Of a stretch of 64,000 nucleotides of DNA, positions 54,556 to 64,000 are shown in pieces. Source of the DNA: Octopus sinensis (taxonomy: Eukaryota); NCBI RefSeq assembly GCF_006345805.1, contig NC_043003.1, positions 95,790,001 through 95,854,000 of the forward strand, written 5' to 3'. Below the pieces are notes generated by a model, which worked only from the letters and a program-made list of their open reading frames with translations, did no database searches and was not told where the DNA came from. Position 1 is the stretch's first letter. Every line of letters starts with the position of its first letter. Made by a program: the position numbers and the translations under genes.

Positions 54556-55019
54556 TTAATGCAAGATGGATACTCTGTAAACGGCCGGAGAGAATAGAAC
54601 ATCATGAAAGATGCGTGCACGTGGAATAGTCGTCTGCAAAGGATGAATGCAGTATTAACTTTGAGCATAACTGTGTTGTAAGGTTATAAGCGTGCTAACA
54701 TAAGAACGAATGAAGAACGAAATGAAATATAACATATTGGATTACTGATTCTTGGAGGAAACAAAATAGGAACATGCAAAGAAGGAGTTCTTGAGTGCCC
54801 GGGTGGAATTTGACGAAAAATGTTGGTTCCGAAGTTCTGGACGCGAGATGAAGATAAATACAGACAGATACACAAACAAACAAAAATACCCTGTTGTTGA
54901 TATTGAAGTTCCAGGGAAGAAGCCTTGGGTCTAGGTTAGAACCCGGTTCTTTCTCTATTGGCAAGAAATCTTGAAATAAACTGAATAATAACAAACACAT
55001 ACATACATGCATGCGTGCG

Positions 55020-55136
55020 TCCATACATACATACATACATACATACATACATACATACATACATACATACATACATACATACATACATACATACATACAT
55101 ACATACATACATACATACATACATACATACATACAT
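55020..55136. repeat. (CATA)n tetranucleotide microsatellite
   Basis: About 29 units; a shorter array at 53221-53265. Confidence 0.95.
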
Positions 55137-56113
55137 GTTCATTGTAGCCTTCCATAGTATCTACTATGTGGTCATACGTGCGAACAGTTGTTAGGATGCA
55201 TTTCATTGATGTGTGAAGCGTGTTGGAAACAGAGCTCTCATCGGCTGCAAGCCGGTCCGCAAAGTTCGACAGCCGGATTTCCACGTTAGTTGTCATTTCT
55301 GGTGGTTTTGTTACCATTTTGTGGTTCATAGTTGAACGTTGTCAAACATACATGCATACATTTCCAGAAGCTTATCCTTTATATATAAGCAACAGTAATT
55401 TTATTCAACTGAATACACGTCATTGATTGGTTGAAATTACCGAAATACAAAAACTTTAACGTGAAATAACTTCGTAAAAATAAGTTTTTCTCAAAAATGT
55501 TAAGAGTAAAAGATGTTTTATATGACACATTCTACCAGTGTCCGAGGTTTGAAAGTGTTTAGTTACTAAAAATTAGTTTTTAAATCTGTCGGTCAAAAGG
55601 TAAAGATTAAAGGTGTTTAAGAACTCAAAGAAGCATAGAACATCCTCTCAAGCACCAAAAAACAAGATGAAGATGACTGTGACTTCTCACTACTCTTCAG
55701 GTATTTAGGTGAGCCCCTAGGCACACACATTCCCTAGCCTCTGATCATTGCGAAAGGTTGAAAGTGACTGAACATCTCTTAGAAAATATGTAAACAAACG
55801 TCACAGATATTCTGATGTCATAATCACAATATGGGAAACATTTAAACACGATATGGTATGTAGCAGGTCTCTGCTTCAATAATTTGAACTCATACTCATT
55901 TTTATTTTTTACAAATCAGTAGGTTTTCGTAGACTAATTGAATGGTGATGTCATGAGAAAACGAATCCATGACACCTAAAAACTACACAACAAATACATT
56001 GACTGACGTTGGTAAAACTTCTGACCAATCGAAAACTTGATTGTGACTCGGTCGATCTTTGATTAATTTGTAAAGAAGAGTGATAGACAGAAAGGTAATC
56101 TGACGGTTAGACA

Positions 56114-56156
<43 letters not shown>

Positions 56157-56564
56157 GAGTACAGAGGATACATGCAGTCATGCGTTAAGATCGGTTAAGA
56201 ACGTTATCAGCTGTTGTTTCGACAACCAGACTGGCCAAGTTGAACAAATCTGCAACACCCAAATTTTTACTAACAACCATGCCAGGGGTCACACGTGTTC
56301 AGTCACCCTCTCTCCTTCTTTCTGTAACTATCTCTCATTTACACACAACCACACAAGCTGTCATTCTCTTACTGAATCAGGCTACAAACATTATTCGATC
56401 TTTGCCTTTTTTTTCTTGGCACAGTGGTGTTCCATTTTGATCGTTTCACAAAATGACCGAAAACTGACATTAATTTTTTTTACACTCTCACCACTATTAA
56501 ATTAATCTTGTATTTAAATGAGCAACTCCGTTGAAGGAAGATTCTCCACAATCCTGCTTCCATT

Positions 56565-56635
56565 GAATGGATATTTTTCTAAATCGGGCGTTGTGTTTCC
56601 GACACACGACACCCGATTTAGAAAAATATCCATTC
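56565..56635. repeat. 71-nt hairpin with a perfect 24-bp outer stem
   Basis: GAATGGATATTTTTCTAAATCGGG (56565-56588) is the exact reverse complement of 56612-56635; the inner GTTGTGT/ACACGAC also pairs. Confidence 0.95.
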
Positions 56636-56848
56636 GACAGCATTCAATGAAGTGATGCACTTCAAAGAGCAACTGCGCAACCGCACTAAATTTCTGCAAG
56701 TACACAGCACAACACTTCACGACATCTGATATGTTGGATGGTGGGGAGTGTGACATCCTTTGTACAATGATCTTTCGCTGGACATCGCGACACGAAGCAC
56801 AAGGAAGTAAAATATAAAAAAAAGCAAAAGAAAAGAAAAAAAAGGTAA

Positions 56849-57077
56849 CATCTCGATCTTCTATAATGGTCCTCAGCTCCTGTACCCTTCCATACCAGTA
56901 TCCTCCTGCAAGTTGTCGATACAGGTCGTCTTCTTCCTTCCTCTCCTGGTTCTTCCTTGCGTAGGTTGCCAGAGCACTAGTTTGTTAGTAATTTCATCGG
57001 TATGTCTGATGCAGTGTCCAGCTAGCCTCATCCTACTATGCTGTACCTTCAATGTTACTTTTGGTAGTTCCTAGTAT
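56849..57077 (-). mobile_element. RTE-clade LINE ORF2 3' segment
   Basis: ELPKVTLKVQHSRMRLAGHCIRHTDEITNKLVLWQPTQGRTRRGRKKTTCIDNLQEDTG. Confidence 0.85.
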
Positions 57078-58217
57078 CATTATCTATGCATACTTTAAAG
57101 AGGACTTTGATTCAGTATATAAAGGAATGATGATGAAGATACTTAAAGCATATAATATTCCACCAAAAATTCTGAGAGTAATAGTGGCCAAAGCGAAAGT
57201 GATCATTCCTGATGGAGAGACGGAATATTTTTTAGATGGTAGTGTTCTCAGGTTATGAAGCCATTTAATGATGACTCTGTTCAGAAGACAGTAACATCAT
57301 TTGATAAAAGAGCACGGTACAATGAATTCATAGAACAAAGCTGTGACTTTAAATATCTTTAGTTTCGGTCTCAAATATATTCAAGTTGAATGATAATGGA
57401 AAGAGTTCATAAGTGAAGGGCTACGTTCATCTTCTGTGTACTACCTCATGTCTGCTTGCTGTCTGCGTGTATACGAGAGTCAGCTAGGTCATGTGTTCAC
57501 GGTCTGGCGACTCGACGAGAAAGGGAGAGTCCGAGGGCTGATAACAGCGCCTACAACTTTGAAGTCAAAGCTGGAGTATTATAAGGCGACACGCTAGCAC
57601 CTTATCTCTTCGCCATCGTTCTGGACAATGTAATGCGTAGAACGTATGAGGACAAGGAGGAAGAACTGGGATTCAAACTGCATAGGCAAAGAAGTAGACG
57701 GCATCAAGCAGTAACAAGTAACTGACCTAGACTATGCTGATGACCTGGCGTTACTAACAGAGAGGACGGATCAGGTACAGGAAATGCTGAGCAGATTAGA
57801 GCAGGAATCGAGGAAGGTAGGATTGTACTGTAAAGCAAAGAAAACAGAGCCGCAACTATTCAACCACGAAATGCTTGTGTCAGTGAAAGTGAGTGACGGT
57901 AAGTCGCTCAAGGTGGTTGAAAATTTCAAAGACACAAAGTACTGAAAAAGACATTGTAGCAAGGAAAGCTCTAGCCTGGAGCGCATGCCATAATTTGGGA
58001 AAGGTCTGGAGTTCAAAGTTAGCGAGGAAATTGCAAGTGAGATTGTTTCTGGCAACAGTAGAGTCTGTTCTTCTATATGGGGCTGAAACATAGACGCTCA
58101 CTAAAGCATTGAAAAAGCAGTTGAACGGTTGCTATATGAGGATGCTTAGAACGGCACTCAATGTCTCCTGAAAGAGTCATACAATAAACGCCGACTTATA
58201 CCAGGGACTACCAAAAG
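57078..58217 (+). mobile_element. RTE-clade LINE reverse-transcriptase segment (inverted relative to its own 3' end; ~330-bp foreign insert at about 57232-57560)
   Basis: FKEDFDSVYKGMMMKILKAYNIPP, GVL*GDTLAPYLFAIVLD, TDLDYADDLAL (YADD at 57733-57744), VESVLLYGAET, DLYQGLPK. Confidence 0.9.
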
Positions 58218-58874
58218 GATCTTAACGTCATGAAAATTCCAATAAACGACGCCCAACAATCTCAAATCAAAATCTTTGAGTGACGAAAGCAAAATTTCTT
58301 ACGAATATGAGGTTGTTATGAAAAACCAGTTAAGCTTTGATTAAGTTAATCACAGATTATAATATATTTGCTATATTGGGCTACCCATTCATGAAAGATT
58401 AACAAGACGGGCAGCTAAAAAATCCGATGGTCAGACAGAGCCAGACGATTAGAGGAGAGTAAAAGGAGTGATGTAGTTATGCATAATTTAGGCTAAATTC
58501 GATACTAATTGTTTGACAACTTGACAGGAAAACATGAACAGTCTGTAATGCCTAATGACCCAACTGTTACTAATTTAAACATCAACAGGGGTTCGTATGT
58601 CTCCTGAGAGTTCATACAAGAATTTTAGGGGTTCATGCAATAAAACAGTAAACTGGAAATCCACAATTGTATATTAAGGGCCCTGAAAAAATTGTGATTT
58701 AGATGTATGTATTGGTATGTATTTCTTTCTCTAACATTTTACTTAGTGCAACCTACACAAGTTAATGTGCGAAAAGTAAATTAGGAATTTTGAAAGAAGT
58801 TTCTATAAAACTAGTTTTTAAACATCGATTGGCAATAGGGGTTCACAAGATTAAAATAGTAATATATATATATA

Positions 58875-59064
58875 GGGAAAGTTTACGAAAAAAACAACAA
58901 CAAAAGACGAAGACAGGTGGGGTACAAAACGAACAGATGTATTAGTATAACGCTCAGGAATAGAAAAAGTCTTTTACGTTTCGACCCTACGCTCTTCTAC
59001 AGAAAGGCACACAGAAAAAACAAGGAGAGAAAAAAATGTGTGTAGTGGCTAACGATCTATCATG

Positions 59065-59065
<1 letters not shown>
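58875..59065. mobile_element. Short element embedded in (TA)n, Penelope-like terminus suspected
   Basis: TTTACGTTTCGACCCTACGCTCTTCTACAGAAAG resembles reversed Penelope 3' ends; family assignment is by motif only. Confidence 0.4.
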
Positions 59066-59106
<41 letters not shown>

Positions 59107-59108
<2 letters not shown>

Positions 59109-59309
59109 TCTTTTACTTGTTTCAGTCATTTGACTGTGGCCATGCTGGAGCACCGCCTTTTAGTCGAGCAAATCGACCCCGGGACTTATTCTTTGTAAGC
59201 CCAGTACTTATTCTATCGGTCTCTTTTGCCGAACCGCTAGGTGACGGGGACGTAAACACACCAGCATCGGTTGTCAAGCAATGCTAGGGGGACAAACACA
59301 GACACACAA

Positions 59310-59383
<74 letters not shown>

Positions 59384-59533
59384 GACAGGCTTCTTTCAGT
59401 TTCCGTCTACCAAATCCACTCACAAGGCATTGGACGGCCCGGGGCTATAGCAGAAGACACTTGCCCAAGATGCCACGCAGTGGGACTGAACCCGGAACCA
59501 TGTGGTTGGCTAGCAGGCTACTTACCACACAGC
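59107..59533 (-). mobile_element. SINE family A, full length
   Basis: Near-identical reverse complement of 19276-19683. Confidence 0.92.
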
Positions 59534-59637
59534 CAAAACATAGTCAAAAGTAAGAGGGAGTACGATTCGACAGCTGTTTAATGACCACTACACATGTTTT
59601 GTCCTCTAATACATTCTTAACGGAATACACCTCAACT

Positions 59638-59668
<31 letters not shown>

Positions 59669-60575
59669 TACACACACACACACACACACATATATTAAAA
59701 AATAAAATAATAAAATCCTGAGAATTTGTACCCCTATATGCAAAGGCCTTGATGTAAAAAGTTGAAAAAGACAACGAAAGCATTGAAAAAACGAAGAAAT
59801 ATTTTATGAAAAATATCTCTAATTGGCACGGTTTGAATTCCCTTAGTCTCAGTTTCCACTTCCATTGGTTTTCTGAAAATTAAGTCTATTTATATTAAAC
59901 TAAATCAAAAACTGTGAATGTGTGTGTGCGTGTGTATATGGCAACATTAAAATAATACTTTTGATACATTTATAATATTTCATTCTAAAAGAGAGTTCTC
60001 CAGTTTTTTTTTTTATATCTGATTTCTACGTCCAAACTTCTAACAACTTTTTCGTTCCGTGTTATTTAATTTTAAAAAAAGAATGTAAATTGCAACTGAT
60101 CTTGCCGTGTTAATAAATGCTCATTACTATTTTCAGTTGAAAAGAAACTCCAATTAAACAAACATTTATCTTGTTGAATATTTTGATAACTTGCAAGAAA
60201 GAGAAATAAAACTTAATTGTATTATAATTTCGTTTCACTAAACATTAGTGAAACTTTTAGAACAACCTAGGCGCGGAGCTCAAAAACAAGTTTAGACATG
60301 GCAGGTGTTTAACTACTGAAGCCAACTGAACCTTTTCATATATAAATGACAAATATAACCAGATGACAAAATATATCAGTTTCATATTATTTACTTTTGT
60401 TTCAAAATGTAATTAGCTACGATATTTACTATTATAAACCCAGCTGCCAAGTGAAAATTTGGTCGTAGCAGTAACATTAATCGTTGTTTACTTGTAATCG
60501 TTATGGCGAAATTACCGATGTTGTTCAATTACTGCCTACAAGTTTAATTAGACACTTCGTCTACATTTTATAGCA

Positions 60576-60640
60576 ATGGCGGAGGATTTGTTTGCCAAAA
60601 AGCTTGCTGTAACTATGCGATGTTCAGATAGGGATGAAAG
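60576..60640 (+). CDS. Candidate first coding exon of an unidentified gene (MAEDLFAKKLAVTMRCSDRDE-R)
   Basis: GCAATGGCGG start context (ATGGCG, YY1-like), open to an AAG|GTTTGT donor, and preceded by a TTTTATAG acceptor-like site. CpG-rich unique sequence that turns CpG-poor downstream. No family recognised. Confidence 0.35.
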
Positions 60641-61749
60641 GTTTGTAAAAATCCATTCCTTCTTTTATTGAAAGATACAACCCGATACTTGCATTTCTGT
60701 CATAATATATATATATCTATTTTTATCTTTCGACGTTTATATATATATATATATATATATATTAGTGAATTAGAAATATATACTTTTATTTTCTTAACTT
60801 ATTTTACCCCAATCTTTATTTATATCGAGTTCCTATCTCTATTATTGTAATTAAAGGAAGCACATTTGAATGTAGTTACAGCCTGCATTGAGATATGATA
60901 GTTGATAATTGTCATAGATCTAGTTGAGTAATAATGATTGCACAAGAAATGCTGGTCTTGGCATCCCGATTATCTTTTATTTGAACATTTTTGTGTAAAG
61001 ACAGAATAAACAACCGATAGATACTAATTTCTTTCATAGGCATGTACTTATTCTATTTGCCCCGGTCTTGGTAAAGGGCAATGTCGGATATATTCTCGGA
61101 GATGTGAAATCGGAGTCAGGAGGGAAAAAAAAACAGTTTCTTTCTTTTGTTCTGATAGCCTAATCACAGGAGGAAGGGTACTGACTAACCTTTTACAGAG
61201 CATCTAAGCCTGGTTGCAGAAAGGCGGAAGTTATTCGTAGACTGCTGAAGACATCTAAGAGCTAGCTGGTTGTAATTAAACCGGGCGATTAAGTTTACCA
61301 TGAAGATAAGTTTTCGTTGGTTAGTAAACAGAATATTACAAAGATTTTACGCATCCAAATGATAGAGAAATATGTTTTGTGTTCATAAATTTAGAAATTA
61401 TTGGAAAGTAATCTCTGGCATATCAACATTTGGCGGAGGTAAAGAATATGTACACTACCCGTTTTCGGCGTAATAAAAACTCTAACCTTAATCCTAACCC
61501 TAAACACCAGGTATACGTATTCGTTACTTTCGCCCAATATTTTCTATCTTATATTTACTTCAAATGTTTGTTTTTTTTTTTTGTCAAAACCTAAATACTG
61601 TAAAATATTTGAAGCAAGCTTGCCTCTGTATTACACAGCTTACAAGCATTCTAGTCTTCCAAGTTGCCGTCAGTTCTTTTAAAGTTTTATCAAAATGATC
61701 TATACACCTTACTCTAACTATGATGGTTAAGTAATTACTCCCATAGAGT

Positions 61750-63050
61750 TAAGATCCCACATTTGCTGCTTGCTGTGCATCCTTCTCCATAACGCGCAAA
61801 CTCTGCAAAAATTCTTGTAAACTTTCCTTCCAACAATATCACCACAATGTATATATACACTCCAAGTGCTAAATCATCCTTGGTCATTTCAAATCAAGAA
61901 AACCATCAACTCTGACAATGTCTCTTCCATTAACCTATCTGCAATCCTCAGCAAATTCTTCAGTCTTTCTCTTTATAGTTCCATTTCAGTAAGAGCAACC
62001 TCTCAGAGTCAGCTGTCAACCATTCACTCCTACTTCTATTCCAGTATCAGTCTTTAACAGCCATCTCATGTTAAGTCTCTTTTTCTCTCCTCAGTAACCA
62101 TCTGCATGATTTTTGGAGTGCCAGATCTTATAGAAATCTGCTCTTGTTTCTCACTAGTGCTCACTTGCCTTTTGAGAAGTTCACTGAAAGTGTTATTTGA
62201 TGTTTGCAAAAGCTTTGGTCATGCTGGATTTGAGAATGTCCTAGCTAAGCTGCCTATGTTGGAGTTCCAACAATATTCATATCTTGAATCTGAAGTTTCT
62301 TGTTGGACTCAATGACCACAGCATGCTTTTACACACACTCCATCAACTCTCATTAACTACCTGATAACACAGATGTTATTAGCATTCAATCTAGAGACTT
62401 CACATTAAACATGCATTGCCTGTATTAATAGGATCCTTTAAAATATTCTTCAATTGATATATAAGCTTATGCCTTTCAAAAGTACTAAGGCACCATCATT
62501 GCATATTAAAGAAACAATCTTGTTTCCCATGCAAGCAAAATACTTCTATGTCATTACAATTGCTAGGCCTTACAATTACTGAGGATCTCTCCTGGGATTC
62601 TCACATGAATAATTTTGTGGAAACAGCATTCAAAAGACTTCTTGTTTAAGGACAGAAATTACTTCAGCTCTCAACAGTTGCTAACTCTATACAAATCCCA
62701 AGTAAAATGCACTGTAGAAAACTGTTCCTACATCTGGGATGGTGCTGCTGCTACACATATGTACAACTTGGACTGTATCCAGAGAAAGGCCACTTCATTG
62801 ATTGGTATGTGCTTACCAATGTACTTTTACTTCTGGCAAACAGGCATTCTGTTTTCTTACTCTGATGTGGCCTTCTCATTGCTGGCTGGGCTTATGACTC
62901 TCTACCCAAACTCACCTGACACATCTCTTCCCCATTTTGTAGATTCCACACTGATTATTCTGCTAACCCATCCCCTTCTCAAGGAATCATCCCTCTGGAG
63001 TATGCTTCTCATCAATGTTTTCCCAATAGATGACAACTTATTGATGTTCT
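61750..63050 (+). mobile_element. Old CR1-group LINE ORF2 relic
   Basis: DVCKSFGHAGFENVLAKLP (cf. D..KAFD.V.H..LL.KL) and YFSSQQLLTLYKSQVKCTVENCSYIWDG...IQRKA; many stops and frameshifts. Confidence 0.75.
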
Positions 63051-63139
63051 AACTGAATATGAATTTCATTGATCTGATTAATCTCTGGGAGTATATGAGG
63101 GTCATGGGCATTGTCCCTTTCTTCTGTGTGAGCCACGAA

Positions 63140-63850
63140 AATCAGATCACTTGAGTTAGATGAGATTGGAGACAATCTTTGCCAATAAGTGCCAGTTCAA
63201 TGTAGCCCCTCATGAAGATGAAGACCCTGGCAAAGAGAATTGACAGCTTCAATAGCAGAACCCTGAGAACATCAGATGATATCACATTGCCAATAAAAAG
63301 TTGCATGTGTACACACGTCAGCCCACAGCTTCCCATCTCATAGTTATTCAGCACATGTGCTGGTACAGACATGCCCTCCACCTCCTGCCAGATCATCCTA
63401 CCAAGGCCTTGCTTGCTTCATTCTCTTGCTTGATGGGGCTAGAGTCATCCCATGTTAGTGCTCCCAGAGGTATCATTGTGTGTAAAGCTAACCACGTCCA
63501 CCAGTGCTCCCCATTACTGGTGGTTCTATGCCAGCCCCTCTGTGTCCTCCAGGATGACATCAAGCCTCTGGAGAGTTTCCTTAATCATGTCCAATCATCT
63601 GAGGCCTGCCCTGGGGGCCTCTTCCAGCCCACAACTGCTGTGTTAAATGAGCATAAGGTCCTGGTAGGACAATATGACAAGAGGTGGAGAACATGTTTGC
63701 ACTGGATAACTATGAGGCTGTGGGCTGATGTGTGCATGCTTGCATTTTTTTTTATTGGCAGTTTGATGATACCTTCTGATGTTCTTGATGGTTTTTCAAG
63801 GTTCTGCTGTTCACGAGCAGCCACATTTCTGATCCATTGAGGAGAATGGA
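63140..63850. mobile_element. Two diverged RTE-like 3' relics in convergent orientation (63140-63430 plus, 63500-63850 minus)
   Basis: Shared ACAC(G/A)TCAGCCCACAGC...CATAGTTAT block on opposite strands; the minus copy encodes GWKRPPGQAS (cf. GWKRPRGRP). Confidence 0.6.
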
Positions 63851-64000
63851 GAGGACAGACGCATTGTAGAAGCAGAATTTTGTCTTCTGTGAGATAGAGC
63901 AGTTGTAACCAAAGGAGTATGTGGAAAAAGATTATGCCGTTTAGATAAGGCTCTTCATCTAAGAAAAATGAGTGATGAATGTTTTTAATTGTAGAACCCT

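Noticed and set aside
60576-61180. Resemblance of the spliced peptide KKLAVTMRCSDRDERHVLILFARSCLITGGR to the CARMIL N-terminal PH domain
   Set aside because: Only a loose pattern match; the N-terminus is about 20 residues too short and the downstream frame closes.

Overview
AT-rich eukaryotic genomic DNA dense in tRNA-headed SINEs, LINE relics, MITEs and (TA)n/(CA)n/(ATT)n/(CATA)n microsatellites. The repeat repertoire resembles the SINE families described from octopus, so the source is inferred to be an octopod cephalopod. One protein-coding gene can be assembled by hand: an R3H domain-containing protein 4 (R3HDM4) ortholog on the minus strand. It has 7 coding exons (51367-51431, 31794-31966, 29981-30099, 25772-25859, 22766-22851, 21432-21573, 17472-17575), all GT-AG and phase-compatible, totalling 777 nt = 258 aa + stop: [259 protein letters not shown] perfect NRF1-type palindrome lies about 50 bp upstream of its ATG. 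A second, unidentified gene may start on the plus strand near 60576, and 1-17 kb may hide further exons that I could not assemble. Nearly all ORFs in the supplied track are SINE or microsatellite artefacts. I found no clearly novel multi-gene system. The best second-look items are two near-perfect hairpins (13738-13830, 56565-56635), an RTE LINE with a twin-priming-like 5' inversion, a Mutator-like MITE with a 9-bp TSD in the R3HDM4 promoter, head/tail-shuffled SINE families, insertions that repeatedly land in a SINE's central microsatellite, and a sharp CpG-density step around the promoters. Repeat family names come from motif recognition, not database searches; repeat coordinates without a stated TSD are approximate.
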